In this document: positions 37,801-50,686 of the stretch, piece by piece
How positions within the stretch are numbered: position 1 is the first letter of the stretch
Layout of the letters: every line of letters begins with the position of its first letter
From: Scyliorhinus canicula
Taxonomy: Eukaryota
Assembly (NCBI RefSeq): GCF_902713615.1
Contig: NW_024055494.1
Coordinates: 1-64,000, forward strand
Direction: 5' to 3'
DNA: 64,000 nt
Program-made: the position numbers and the translations under genes
The notes under the pieces: model-generated
The model's input: only the letters and a program-made list of their open reading frames with translations
The model's database searches: none
Told to the model about the DNA's origin: nothing

Positions 37801-37877
37801 ACAACTTCCAAACTAAACAGCTGGAGGACATTCCACTGAGCTGACTGGGTGGGATGAGGTCTGAAGGTTCAAATTAG

Positions 37878-38125
37878 AGCAAAATACTGCGGATGCTGGA
37901 AATCGGAAGTAAAGACATAAAATGTGGATAAATGTTCAGGTCTGTCAGCTTCTTTATACTGTGGAGTGAGAATGGAGTCATCTTTCATGCATAAATCTTT
38001 ACTACTATCTCTGTCTTTTAGCTTTGACTAAGGGTCATCTGTACTCCAAGCATTAGCTCTTTTCTCTCCCTACAGACGCTGCCAGACCTGCTGAGATTTT
38101 CCAGTATTTTCTCTTTGGTTGCAGC
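37878..38125. mobile_element. Inverted pair of Penelope pLTR family 2 fragments
   Basis: Minus copy at about 37878-37950, plus copy at about 38010-38125. Confidence 0.55.
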
Positions 38126-38329
38126 TCATATTTGTTGTGACCTCCTGGACAGGAAGCTGTGAGCATGGATCTGACAATCAGCCTGAATCAGCATCTTCAG
38201 GAGAATAGGGAGGGTGAATAGCGCCGTAGTGTGGCGACGAGGGGATTTTCACAGTAACTTTATTGCAGCGTTAATGTCAGCCTACTTGTGACACCAGTAA
38301 ATATTCTTATTATTTGATACAACAGGGGG

Positions 38330-38545
38330 AGAGGCTGCACAGTGGTGCAGTGGTTGGCACTGCAGCTTTACAGCGCCAAGGTCCCATCCTGGCTCTGGGT
38401 GTGTGGAATTTGCATATTCTCCCCTTGTTTGAGTGGGTTTTGCCCCCACAACCCAAAAATGTGCACAGTAGGTGGTTTGGCTATGCTAAATTGCCCCTTA
38501 ATTGGAAAAAAAATGAATTGGGAACTCTAAATTTATTTTTAAAAA
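38330..38545 (+). mobile_element. SINE A2
   Basis: Similar to 6433-6662. Confidence 0.75.
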
Positions 38546-39045
38546 GAGATAGGAGGGAAGGTGTTGGGATGGAGATCTAGAGCTTTTGGGGAATAAGAGA
38601 GAGGAAAAAATATGACATAGAAACTAGAATTGTCTGTTCTAAGTTTTTATCCTGTACTGACTGTGATGAATTTTGTCAATTGTTTTCACAGGATATTAGA
38701 TGAGGAATTACAGACAGAAATCTCAAATGTTGCGTCTCGTTCTGACAGTCAGTACTTTTATTGGAACCTGAATATCATTGGCCTTTGAATCAAGAAGAAC
38801 TATTTGTCCAAACTGTCAGCTAAAGATTTCAAACATCAGTGTTACTGGAAAAGCACCGAGACCCACACAACACACACCCAAGTAAGAGAGTTTCAGTGAA
38901 CTAACTGTAGAAAGAGCTTCAACCAATTACATGGTGTGAAGAACATCACACCATTCATAGCGGAGAGAGACCATACCCGTACTGTGTATGTGGAAGAGGC
39001 TTCAACTGATTGTCCAACCTGGAGAGACACAAGGAGACCCAAAAC

Positions 39046-40080
39046 ATGGAGAAACCATGGAAATGTGGGGACTGTGGGAAGGGATTCCGAGTCCCATCTG
39101 TGCTGGAGGTTCATCGACGCAGTCACACTGGGGAGAGGCCGTTCACCTGCTCTCAGTGTGGGAAGGCATTTACTCAGTTATCCAACCTGCAGAAACACCA
39201 GCGAGTTCACACTGGGGAGAGGCCACCTTACTGCTCTCAGTGTGGGAAAGGATTCTGTGATTCTTCCCTCCTATTGAGACATCAGCGAGTTCACACTGGG
39301 GACAGGCCGTTCATTTGCTCTCAGTGTGGGAAAGGATTTGCTGAAGTATCCAAACTGCAGAAACACCAGCGAGTTCACACTGGGGAGAGGCCATTCACCT
39401 GTTCTCAGTGTGGGAAGGGATTCACTCAGTCATCCACCCTGCAGACACACCAGCGAGTTCACACTGGGGAGAGGCCATTCACCTGCTCTCACTGTGGGAA
39501 TGGATTTACTCAGTTATCTCACCTGCTGACACACCAGCGAGTTCACACTGGGGAGAGGCCATTCACTTGCTTACAGTGTGGGAAGGAATTCACTCGGTTA
39601 TCACACCTGCAGTCACACCAGCGGGTTCACACTGGGGAGAGACCGTTCACCTGCTCTCAGTGTGGCAAGGAATTCACTCGGTTATCTCACCTGCAGAGAC
39701 ACCAGCAAGTTCACACTGGGGAGCGGCCATTCACCTGCTCTCCATGTGGGAAGAGATTCACTCGGTTATCTCACCTGCAGACACACCAGCGAGTTCACAC
39801 TGGGGAGAGGCCATTCACCTGCCCTCAGTGTAGGAAGGGATTCACTCAATTATCCAGCCTGCAGACACACCAGCGAATTCACACTGGGGAGAGCCCATTC
39901 ACCTGCCCTCAGTGTGAGAAAGGGTTCCGTGATTCATCCAACCTGCGGAGACATCAGCAAGTTCACACTGGGGAGAAGCCATTCTCATGCTCTCAGTGCG
40001 GGAAGGGATTCACTCGGCTATTCAACCTGCAGTCACACCAGCAAATTCACACTGGGGAGAGACCATTCAGCTGCTCTTAG
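39046..40080 (+). CDS. C2H2 zinc-finger protein ZNF-G, 12 fingers, highly homogeneous 84-bp repeat
   Basis: [23 protein letters not shown]..; ends CS* (TAG where paralogous fingers have CAG) with 1-2 decayed fingers after; acceptor ttcacag near 38691. Confidence 0.9.
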   Translation: MEKPWKCGDCGKGFRVPSVLEVHRRSHTGERPFTCSQCGKAFTQLSNLQKHQRVHTGERPPYCSQCGKGFCDSSLLLRHQRVHTGDRPFICSQCGKGFAEVSKLQKHQRVHTGERPFTCSQCGKGFTQSSTLQTHQRVHTGERPFTCSHCGNGFTQLSHLLTHQRVHTGERPFTCLQCGKEFTRLSHLQSHQRVHTGERPFTCSQCGKEFTRLSHLQRHQQVHTGERPFTCSPCGKRFTRLSHLQTHQRVHTGERPFTCPQCRKGFTQLSSLQTHQRIHTGESPFTCPQCEKGFRDSSNLRRHQQVHTGEKPFSCSQCGKGFTRLFNLQSHQQIHTGERPFSCS

Positions 40081-40667
40081 TGTGGTCATGGATTCAGTCA
40101 TTCATCCACCCTGCGGACACACCAGCGAGTTCACACTGAGGAGACACCGTCCACCTCTCAACGTGAGAAGGGATTACATGTTTCATCAGACCTGCTGTGA
40201 CACCAACAATTTCACAATTGATTACAGGGGTTGGATTCTGCTGTTATTGTTTCTGCTCTGCACCCAGGACAGCATTTTGTTCATTCTGACAGGTGGTCAG
40301 TGGGGATGGTCGGAGGGTTTCTTTCTGCTGGACTAGGCGGTCTCACCACTTTGCCTCCAGTTGGCTGATTCTCTTTGAACCTTGTTACTAATACCTGGCT
40401 TCAAATTGCACAAGGATCACAGAGTGAAAGGGTGTTTGGAAGTGTGGAGATATTTAGTTTCCATTTCTGTTTGGAACCACGCAAAGCATGCCGCATTGCC
40501 GTGGAGATGGGCCCTGGTTGTTACATGGTTCTTTTGTTTAATTTATCTGGGTGTTCCGCACAGAAGAAAACTATCAGGGTTACGAGGGGCAAGTTGTTTG
40601 AGGTGGACTGGGAGACTGATTGGTACGGGGAATACCTAATATTTAAGGAATTATTACATATTTATCA

Positions 40668-40870
40668 GGGGTTGGTCAGCTCAGTTGGCTGGACGGCTGG
40701 TTTGTGATGCAGAACAATGCCAACAGTGAGGATTCAACTCCCAAACTGGCTGGTTTATTCATGAAGGCCCCGCCTTCTCAACCAGTCCCTTCGCCTGAGG
40801 TGTACTGAACCTCGGGTTAAATCACCTCCAGTCAGCTCTCGGTCAAAGGCGAGAGCAGCCTATGGGATCT
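40668..40870 (+). mobile_element. tRNA-derived SINE with a family-B-like head and a different body
   Basis: ggggttggtcagctcagttggct..ggattcaactccc head, then gaaggccccgccttctcaacc..gcagcctatgg. Confidence 0.6.
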
Positions 40871-40929
40871 TTGCGAATTTTATTTTACATTTTTACAACA
40901 AATATAGATTCCTTTAAGGAACGAAAATC

Positions 40930-41455
40930 CAACAAGAAAAGTGATGCAACCTTGGCTAACAAGAAAAGTTAAAGATTCCATTAGATCAATGGAAGAGGTT
41001 CAGAACGTGGTCAAAATATTAGTAAACCTGCGGATTGGGAAATGGTTTAGAATTCAGAGAAGGAGGGCCAAGAAACTGATAAAGAGCAATAGAATATGAG
41101 AGAAAACTGGGGGGAAACATAAAAACCGACTGGAAAAGCTTCTATAGGTATTTGGAAAGGAAAACACTGTCAAATACAAATGTGGGTCCATTCCAGGCAG
41201 AGACAGGAGAGTTCATGATGGGGAGTCAGGAAATGGCAGAGAAACTGAGCAATGTGTGTCTGTCTTCACGGATGAAGATGCAAAACTTTCTCCAAAACAC
41301 ATGCAAACCAAGGGACTCGTGAGCACGAGGAACAGGAAGAGATGAGAATTCGTGAAAAAGTAGTCCTGGAGAAATTAATGGGGTTGGAAGTGAATAAATC
41401 CCCAAAAGCTGATCTACATCCCAGAGTGTTGAACGAGGTGGCTGTAGAGATCTCT
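40930..41455 (+). mobile_element. CR1 ORF2 fragment
   Basis: PWLTRKVK, KT..KSFYRY, KSP..D.LHPRVL.EVA motifs. Confidence 0.75.
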
Positions 41456-41459
41456 ATTC

Positions 41460-42530
41460 CTTATTCTAGATTCTCCTGACTATCTGGAATGGACAAACGT
41501 TTCCTTTTTACGTACCTATAGATCTTTTTACAGTCCATTATAATGTAATTTGCTGTTTCACATTCATATTCTATTCTCCCTCGCTTTCTCAGTGACTTAG
41601 TCCTTTGCTGTATTCTAAAATCCTCACAATCCTCAGGTTTATTCCTATTTCTGATAACTGTGTCGGTCTTTTCTTTCAATCTTATACAATACTTCACTTC
41701 CTCTGGTTCTCTGACCTTTTGGGGTTTTTGTGCTCGGAAGAAATGTAAAGTGTGATAATTATTGAAAGTCTATCCATTGCCTGTGGACTGTCACACCTTT
41801 TAATGTATTTACCCCAATCCACCTCAGCTAATTTGTCTCTTCTACCTTCATAATTTCCTTCAAACTTAATACCTTGGCTTCAGATTAGAATACCTCATAT
41901 TCAATATTCTGGTCACTCATCCTGAAAGGTTATTTTTCAGCACGATTATCGATTAGCCCTTTTTTAATGCATAATATTAGATCTACAAGCACCTGTTCTC
42001 TAGTTGGTTCCTCAACTTACTGCTGTAGATAACTGTCCCGAACACACTCCAGAAACTTGCCCTCCACAGCATCAGTGCCCATTAGGTTAACCCAGTCTAT
42101 ATGCAGATTGAAGTCACTCCTTAATATTTTACCCATGCTATAATGTTTTACCTATTCTCTAATCTCCGATTAATACCATGTCCCACACTACCCCTACTGT
42201 TTGGTGGCCTATAACACCTCTCACCAATGTTTCCTGCCCCATGCTGTTTCTTGGCTCCACCCAAACATATTCCACGTTTTGTATTCCTGATCTGAGATCC
42301 ACCCTTACTAATATTCTGATGCCGTCCCTTATTATCCGAGCAACACCACCTCCTTTTCCTTTTTGCCTGCATCATCAGCAAACTAAGTGAGCATACCTTT
42401 GGTCCCATCATCAAAGTCATTGTAAAACGTTGAGGCTCCAGCACTGACCCCTGTGACACACCACTCATTACATCTTGCCAGCCAGAAAATGGCCTATTTG
42501 TGCCTACTCTCGGTTTTCTGGCAGCTGGCT
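41460..42530 (-). mobile_element. CR1 ORF2 fragments
   Basis: CYRPPNS, DFNL..DW, DCKKIYRYVKRKR, GVSQGSVL.P. Confidence 0.75.
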
Positions 42531-42705
42531 AATCTTTCACTGTGAAAGACAATTCTGGGATTAAAGGCTGCCTGACTTGAAAAGAAAAGAACGGAAGTAA
42601 ATCCTGGGGAATGAATCATCACTTTGGACTGGTTCTGAGATTCAGTTTCTACTTGCAGGGCAGAGTAACTATAATCGTGCAGTTCAAATTTAGATTGCGT
42701 AACTT

Positions 42706-43010
42706 TGGTACGGTAGCACAGTGGTTAGCACTGGTGCTTCACCACCAGAGTCCCAGATTCAACTCCCACTTGGGTCACTGTTGTACAGAGTCTACACGTT
42801 CTCCCCGTGTCTGCGTGGGTTTCCTCCAGATGCTCCGGTTTCCTCCCACAAGTTCCAAAAGGTGTGCTTGTTAGATGAATTTGGCATCCTGAATCCTCCC
42901 TGTGGGCACCCGAACAGGCACCGGACTGTGGCGACTAGGAGATTTTCACAGTAATTTCATTGCAGTGTTAATGTCGGCCTATTTGTGACAATAATAATGA
43001 TTATTATTAT
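42706..43010 (+). mobile_element. SINE A3
   Basis: Head, core and Rex1-like tail. Confidence 0.8.
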
Positions 43011-43604
43011 TTTAAAATACCAAAGTTCTGTGGGTAGGTTACAGTAGCATCTAGTTTGTTTGTTGCATTAAAAGTGATAAAACGTGAAGTCCCGTTGTGT
43101 GATTCTTCAATTTGTTGACTGGGAATTCAATTTTTTTTAAAGAAGTTGCTGACCTTTATGGAGGTTCTAATCCACAAATTCTGACTTCCCTTGTGCACCT
43201 TTCTGTCTGTACTGCTCATGTCAATGACAGCCAGGTGATGGAGCTGAGGGCTGAATTTAGCTGAGAGTAAAGGAGCCTGTGCACAAAAGAGAGGGGAAGG
43301 TGCTGGAGGCCTGACTTGAGAAATGGATCTCCAACTAATCAAGGATGATAGTGGCTGATGGTGATGCGACCCCAGGGTTCGGTGCCCCTGTGTCCAAAGC
43401 GGGGAGTCACAGGAACGGGGTACCAGAACATTGTGAACATCCTTTTACTCGGGTTGTCTTTGATCCTCAAGTAATTCTCTGTTCGATTTTTTTAACCATG
43501 TTCAGTTTCGTCAATAAACTTTCAACCAGAAAATACATTAATTTGTTCGACTTTCCTGGGGTAGAGAAGATTTGATTTTTCTTTTGATATATAGTTTGAA
43601 AATG

Positions 43605-44005
43605 AGGTTCAGGGACTCAATCGTGACTAATTTATCAAGGTACTTTGAGGAGGTAACAAGGGATGTCAATAAAGGAAAACCTGTAGATGTGCTTTATGTA
43701 GATTTCCAGAAGGTATTTCCCAAGGTGCCACATCAAAGGTTATTCCACAAAATAAGAGCTCATGGTGTAGGAGCAACATATCAGCATGGATAGAGGATTG
43801 GTTAGCGAATAGGAAGCAGCCAGTAGGTATAAATGGGCCATTTCTGGGTGGGTAAGATGTGACAAGTAGAATGTCACCAGGATCAGTGCTGGGCTCCCAA
43901 CCATTTACAATCTGTATGAAAGTGTTGGATGAAGGGATTGAATGAATGACTCATACAGGTAGGGAAGTAATATGTGAAGTAGATTTAAGGAGGCTGCAAA
44001 GGATG
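43605..44005 (+). mobile_element. CR1 RT fragment
   Basis: TNL..YFEEVT..V.KGKPVDVLYVDFQKVF.KVPHQRL. Confidence 0.85.
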
Positions 44006-44239
44006 AGAGTCACCCAAGGCTGGAATCGAACCTGGGTCTGGCACTGCGAGGCAACAGTGCTAACCACTGTGCTCCCGTGCTTCCCCTTCGACTGACTCTT
44101 TACTGTCGCTGGGTCAAACTCCTGGAATTCCCTCAGGAACGCACAGTGGGTGTCCCAACACCACACCGACTGCAGCAGTTCAGGAAAGCAGCTCACCACC
44201 TTCTCAAGGACAATTAGGGATGGGTAATAAATGTTGGCG

Positions 44240-46150
44240 AAGATTTTGTAATCTGTGCTGAGGAGGGAGACCAGTCACCAGTTTTTAAGGTGGGGGAGAT
44301 ACCCCCCTCTTTGGCAGCAGGGTAATGGTGGCATCTCCCCAGTCGCCAGACTTTCCCCCAGGACCCCTGCATCGTCGTTCCCCAGGAAGTTCCAGAAAAC
44401 TCAAAGTCTGCACGGTCAGCCCGGGGGTTTTGCCCCTGGACAGGCTGGCGTGGGCACAGGTCAGATCCCCCAGGCTGAGAGGGTTATCAAATCTCCCAGC
44501 GCCTTCTGGGCTGATCTACAGCAGGTCCTACCACAAAACTCGATGGACAGATCCAGGAGAAATGGGCACTAAATGTTTTGAATTTGGGCCCTGACCCGAG
44601 ATGAGGGACCTGTCGTCAGCCAGCCAGCAGTGTAAGGAACTGCTGACCGACCCTGCGCATTTTTGCCTGAAGCAGGAAAGCTGGGGTCCATGACGATCTG
44701 GATCTATGACCTCAGATACACGCCACGGGACCTGACAAGTTGCAGATCCCGCAGTGCGCACTTCTTCTCCGAGTACACCAGCCACAGGGCCGGATCCTCA
44801 TCGGGCTGACTGAGACATGACTCCAGGTCACGTACCTCCTTTTCCAACTCCTCAACCTTGGACTTCTTGTCGACCCCATCACATACACCTGACAGAAGGT
44901 AGGCATGGGAGTCTTGTCCCATCATAACCTCAGGGAGGGGAAGCCTCTCCGCTTCCTTCTCCAGCCGGTCCAGATCCGATGAACGAGCCAAAGGAACCGC
45001 TCGTCCTCCAGCAGCAGGTTGTTGAAGTGCCAGTACGCAGACCACGTCTGAGGGTGAGACCCACCCAGACCAGACAGTGGTGCAATCACGGCACCTGCTG
45101 CACAGAGGCCATCAGGAAATGGGGCAGGGTAGCACGGTGGCACAAGTCGTTAGCACGGCTGCCTCACGGCACCGAGGTCCCAGGTTCAAACCCGGCTCTG
45201 GGTCACTGTCCGTGTGGAGTTTGCACATTCTCCCCGTATTTGCATGGGTTTCACCCCCACAACCCAAAAGATGTGCAGCGTAGATGGATTGGCCACGCTA
45301 AATTGTCACTTAATTGGAGAAAATGAATTGGATGCTCTAAATTAAAAAAAAGAAAAATAATGGAAACGCGGCAGCTGTGACCTTGAAATGTAGAGGCGGC
45401 CAATTCTGCACACTACGAGCCCAGGCCTCAAAAAAGTGAAGACGCTGGAGTCAGGATGGAGAGTCTGCCAGACATCCACCAGTCAAAGAACCCAACCAGG
45501 TTCCTTAACTTCACCACCGCACGAGAGCTGCACAGGGTACCGAGGCGGTCCTTTGTCCCGAATGTGCAATTGAAATTAAACCCCTCCCCCCGCCGGAATG
45601 ATACACTTGCCTGCAGCGATGATGCCAAGGAGAGTGGATACTTGCTCGAAGAAAGCCGTCTGCTGCTGGCCAGCCTAGGGGGCGTAGACATTCACAAGGT
45701 GAGGTACCTCACCCCCCTCGCGGACCGTCAGGTGCAGCAACCGACCTGGCACTGGCTCCTTGACCCTCAAGATCTCCGTCTGAAAATGTGGGACCAACAA
45801 GATAGCCAACCCACCTAAACGTGAGGATAGGTGACTTATGTAGACCGCCCCCCCCCCCCCCCCCCACTCCAGGAGCCACGTGGCTTTGTCTCCCAGAGCG
45901 GTGTTGGTTTCCTGCAGGAAGTACGCCGCATACTTCCCGTCACAGAGGACCGAGAAGTTCTGGAACCTGTGGAGTGTGTCCCAGCTGCCGTTAATGTTGA
46001 GGTTGGCTGTAGTCACCTCCATGTCAGCAGTAAATTGCCACCTGCACTGCCATCTATTGAGAGCTTGGAGGGAAAAGAGGAGCACGGGCCCCTTCATTCC
46101 CTCAGGAGCCGGGCGAGGAAAGATTTCAGCTTGCACTGCTCAGTCACGTC
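44240..46150 (-). mobile_element. Tx1-clade (L1-related) LINE ORF2 5' half, degenerate
   Basis: ANLNINGS..YFLQET..W..EW, VPGRLLHL..LVNVYAP, WHFNNLLLED, GKTPGL motifs. Confidence 0.7.
45122..45355 (+). mobile_element. SINE A2 nested in Tx1
   Basis: Similar to 6433-6662. Confidence 0.85.
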
Positions 46151-47339
46151 TGCGTCTCCTGCCTCTTTCACGTAGGTGCGGGAAGATTTAACGAGCAGCG
46201 CCATGTCGGAGCACAGGTTGAGGGCGAGCTGCACTCGGGTTTCGGCGACCACAGTTTACATATAGAAAATTCCGGAGTTCCCCTCGGGGAAGTGTGTGTA
46301 AAGGCCCCAGTGTTACAGAAATTCAAGTAAACAAGTTGCAAGGAGAAAGAATATAATAGAAATGTTTGCACTGAGCAAGAGAAAACTCTAAGGCTACAAA
46401 AGTAAGAACCTTATTGATTCTCGTGATGGGGAATGTAGACAGAGTGAGGCAACGCAGAGAATATCTGAATAACTTTAATAAACATTATTCAACAGTAATG
46501 TCACTTACACACATTAAAACTAAGGACCTACAATAGAAACAGATTCTCAGAGGTCAGACTGAGGCTAAGATTACACATGAAGAGATAAATAATCTGTAAG
46601 GACAGACAATGTATGTTCTCGACACTGAGCCAGAGGGTCAGGAGATGGACTAAATACAAAGACATTCTGAAGTTTTTAAGAAAGAGAGGAGATATTCAGT
46701 TACAAAACATGAGAAACGTGGTGACCATATCACACAGACTGACTAAAGAGCATGACATCATTTACCAGGTGAATTAATGTGTTCATGTGTTCCACTTTGA
46801 TAAATAAATAACCAGAGTGTGTTGACAAGTTAAGAATACATTACTAAAGTCAAGAAGGATCAATACAAAATCTCGGTGTTCCTGACCAGGTCTACCTTTG
46901 AGCAGATTGATCAGATTAGAATAACGTGCTCACAGATCTTTCTCATGAGACCTCCCGTCAGTATCCAGTAATCTCATGGTCTCTGTCTGGAATAGGTTAG
47001 GTGATAGAAATAAAAACATTGAACAAATGTCTCATTATTTCTTAGTTTCCGAGCTCGTATTAAGTGATATGGATAATTCGGTAAAAACACATGGTATATT
47101 TAGTTTTTGGGGAGCAACACTGTAACAATTTGAAATGAAATCCAGGATCTCTGATCAATATGAAATTGATTATCAGAAGCTTTCCAGGCAGCACACACAC
47201 ACCCTCTGTGCAGTGTGAACTTATTGATGAGTTAAAGGTTTAAACGGCTGAGTGAGTCGCTTCCCACTCAGAGCAGGTGAACAGTCTCAGCCCAGTGTGA
47301 ACTTTCATCAGGTAAGTTGAAACATTTCCATACATGGAG

Positions 47340-47610
47340 AAAGTGAATGACTGTCGAACAGCAGACTGTGTGACTGAGTGAATCCCTACACACACACACA
47401 GGGCAAGTGAATGACTGTCAAACAGCAGACTGTGTGACAGTGAATCCCTACACACACACACACACACACGCAGGGCAAGTGAATGACTGTCGAACAGCAG
47501 ACTGTGTGACAGTGAATCCCTACACACACACACACACACGCAGGGCAAGTGAATGACTGTCCAACAGCAGATCGTGTGACTGAGTAAATCCCTCCACACA
47601 CACACACAGA
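47340..47610. repeat. About 4 copies of a 60-70 bp unit containing (CA)n, derived from a truncated finger
   Basis: gggcaagtgaatgactgtc.aacagcagactgtgtgacagtgaatccct(ac)n. Confidence 0.85.
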
Positions 47611-48341
47611 GCAGATGGTTGGCCTCTCCCCAGTATGAATACACTGCTGTCTCAGAAGGGTGTATGTCTAATTGACTCTACTCCCACACTCGGAGAATGA
47701 GATGGCCTCTTCCCAGAGTGAGTGCAATGGTGAATTTGAGGTGAGATGTTTGCCTGAATCCAGTCCCACAGTGAGAGCACCTGAACTCACTCACATCCGT
47801 GAACACGTCAATGGGAGATAAAGTTCCTCGGAAAGTGTACAGCACTTCCGCAGTCTGGGCATTTAATAGGTCACTCATCAGTGTGAACTGCCTGATGTCT
47901 CACCAGGTTGGACAAGTGAGCAAATCCCATCCTACACTTGGAACAGGTGAATGGCCTCTCCCCAGTGTGAAGTCGCTGGTGGATCAGCAGGTAGGATGAA
48001 TGAGTGAATTGTTTTCCACGCACAGAACAACTGAATGGTTTCTCCCCAGTGTGAACTTGCTGGTGTATCCACAATTGGAATGACTGAATAAATCCCTTCC
48101 CACACTCAGAGCAAGAGAACGGCCTCTCCCCAGTGTGAATGCACCGATGTATCAGCAGTTGGGATGACTGACTAAATCTCTTCCAACATTCAGAGCAGGT
48201 GAATGGCCTCTGCCCAGTCTGAATTCACTGGTGTCTGAAGGCAGGATGCGATACTGAATCCTTTCCCACATTCAGAGCAGGTGAATGGACTCTCGGCAGC
48301 GTGACTGTGATGTACAGTGAGGTCAGATGAATGCCTAAACC

Positions 48342-48529
48342 TACTGTCTGTCTGTGCGGAGTCTGCATGTTCTCCCCGTGTCTGCGTGGGTTTCCTCCGG
48401 GTGTTCCGGTTTCCTCCCACAAGTCCCATTACGTACTTTGGACAGTCTGAATTCTCCCTCATTATACCCGACCAGGTGCTGGAATGTAGCGACCAGGGGC
48501 TTTTCACAGTAACTTCATTGCAGTGTTAA
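48342..48529 (+). mobile_element. 5'-truncated SINE A3 in the ZNF-H tail
   Basis: Core and ttttcacagtaacttcattgcagtgttaa tail. Confidence 0.75.
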
Positions 48530-48654
48530 CAATTCCCACAATCTGGACATTTAAAAGGTCTCATCAGTGTGAACCTTCTGGTGTGTCAGTAAATGTGATG
48601 AACAAGTGAATCCCTTCCCACACTCACAGCAGGTGAATGGCCTCTCTCAGTGCA

Positions 48655-49080
48655 AGTGCCCTGATGTACAGTAAGGTCAGTCCAAAGAAGTGCAGGTTAG
48701 GTGGATTGGCCATGTTAAATTGCTCTTAGTGACCAAAATAAAAGGTTAGAAGGGGTTATTGGGTTACAGGGATAGGGTGGAAGTGAGGGCTTAAGTGGGT
48801 CGGTGCAGACTCAATGGGCCGAATGGCCTCCTTCTGCACTGTATGTTCTATGTGAGTGCCCTGATGTACAGTAAGGTCAGTCCAAAGAAGTGCAGGTTAG
48901 GTGGATTGGCCATGTTAAATTGCCCTTAGTGACCAAAATAAAAGGTTAGAAGGGGTTATTGGGTTACAGGGATAGGGTGGAAGTGAGGGCTTAAGTGGGT
49001 CGGTGCAGACTCAATGGGCCGAATGGCCTCCTTCTGCACTGTATGTTCTATGTGAGTGCCCTGATGTACAGTGAGGTCAG
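48655..49080 (+). repeat. 200-bp tandem duplication of a truncated A1 SINE bounded by three 26-bp TSD copies
   Basis: agtgccctgatgtacagt(a/g)aggtcag at 48655, 48855 and 49055. Confidence 0.9.
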
Positions 49081-49155
49081 ATGATCGTTTAAACCCAGTC
49101 CCAATGGGAGAGCAGCTGAATGGTCCTTCATCAGTGTGAATACGTTGACGTGACT

Positions 49156-49830
49156 TCAGTTCCCAGGAGCTTCGACAGTACTTCCCACAGTCCAGGCATT
49201 TAACGGTGTCTCCCCATTGTGAATCCGCTGGTGTCTCAACAGATTGGATGACTGAGTGAATCCTTTCCCACAATGAGGGCAGGTGAATGGCTTCTCTCTG
49301 GTGTGAATTCGCTGGTGAACCAGCATAGCTGATGCACAAGTGAACCCCTTCCCACACTTGGAGCAAGTGAATGGCTTCTCCCCAGTGTGAATGCGTTGGT
49401 GTGTCCGCAGTTGGGATGGGGTAATAAATCCTTTCATACAGTTAGAGCAGGTGAATGGTCTCTCCCCGGTGTGAACTCGCTGGTGTTGAGTGAGGTTAAA
49501 TGATCGCCTGAACCCAGTCCCACAGTGAGAGCATCTGAACGGTTTCTCGTCAGTGTGAACACGTTGATGGGACTTCAGATCCCCAGAACTTTTATAGCTC
49601 TTCCCGCAGTCTGGGCATTTAAAAGGTCTCTCATCAGTGTGAATCCGCTGGTGTCTCAGCAGGTTGGATGACTGAATGAATCCTTTCCCACACTGAGAGC
49701 AGGTGAACGGTCTCTCCCCAGTGTGACTGCGCTGATGTTTTAACAGGTCAGATGATTGTCTGAATCCTCGTCCACACACAGAACACGTGAACGGTTTCTC
49801 CTCACTGTGAACAGTGCTTTTCTCTTCCAT
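49156..49830 (-). CDS. C2H2 zinc-finger protein ZNF-H, 7 intact fingers then a frameshift
   Basis: [20 protein letters not shown]..; frameshift in the linker after finger 7. Confidence 0.75.
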   Translation of the reverse strand: MEEKSTVHSEEKPFTCSVCGRGFRQSSDLLKHQRSHTGERPFTCSQCGKGFIQSSNLLRHQRIHTDERPFKCPDCGKSYKSSGDLKSHQRVHTDEKPFRCSHCGTGFRRSFNLTQHQRVHTGERPFTCSNCMKGFITPSQLRTHQRIHTGEKPFTCSKCGKGFTCASAMLVHQRIHTREKPFTCPHCGKGFTQSSNLLRHQRIHNGETPLNAWTVGSTVEAPGN

Positions 49831-50129
49831 GTTCAAAATCTGATGATATTCAGGTGATGATTATTGGCTACTTTTCCAATGTCCTGTCAAACTGATTTAA
49901 AACAGAAAAAAGGGAGTGAGAGAGAACCCACAAAAACACAAAGAGAGAGAGCGATGTGGAGCAGCAGGGTTGAAGGGGATGAAGTTTATACAGCTACAAC
50001 TCGACAAAAGTCTGCCAACCCTCAACATGTACCACCCAAAAGGACTGGGATAGCAGGTATATATTAATAATAATAATCTTCCATATTGAACATCGTCATC
50101 TTGTGTTTCCCCTCCAGGTAACATACCGT

Positions 50130-50370
50130 CCTGACTAATCAGATATCCAGTACTGGATAAGCAGAAATTTCCTCTCTCAATTTCATTATTGACAAGACTG
50201 AAGCCTTGTCTTCAGTCCCAGCTATAAACTCCACTCCCTCACCAGTGGCTCCATCCCTCTCCCTGGGAACTGTCTGAATCAGACGGTTCACAATCTCAGT
50301 GTCATCTTTCACCTAAATATGGGTTTCCAACCACATCATAACCAAGACCGTTTATTTCCACCTCAGTGCT
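50130..50370 (+). mobile_element. L2 fragment
   Basis: Homologous to the reverse complement of 16990-17200. Confidence 0.55.
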
Positions 50371-50686
50371 TGTCTCTCTCTCACTGTGTAATCTCCTCTC
50401 TGCCCTTGACACTCTCTCTCTCTCTCTTATCTTCTCCCTGCTCTGGTCTTTCTCTTGTTAGTTAGAGGGAGGGAAGTGGAAAAAGTTCATTTGTTCTCGC
50501 AGAGAGCTAGCACAGGCTAGACAGGCCGAATGGCCCCTGCCCCTGTCTGTATTGTAATCACTCAATGATTCAATGCAAAAAGACTTACACTGGAGGCCAT
50601 GGACCAGATTCTGCCTCTGGACCCACCCTGCTAAAAACTGGATCTTAATTGGTCTGCCTGTGTTTCCATGAGTGACTCTGTGGTGA

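Larger units (their letters stand above)
47210..49155 (-). pseudogene. Decayed 3' finger tail of ZNF-H
   Basis: More than 10 degenerate fingers with frameshifts, SINE inserts and (CA)n expansions. Confidence 0.85.

Noticed and set aside
39046-40080. Regular repeat with variable interior resembling a CRISPR array
   Set aside because: 84-bp coding finger repeats in eukaryotic DNA, no cas genes
39408-40336. Long alternative-frame ORFs over ZNF arrays (WGEAIHLL and TLGRGHSPA repeats)
   Set aside because: Shadow frames of the stop-poor 84-bp finger repeat, seen over every array
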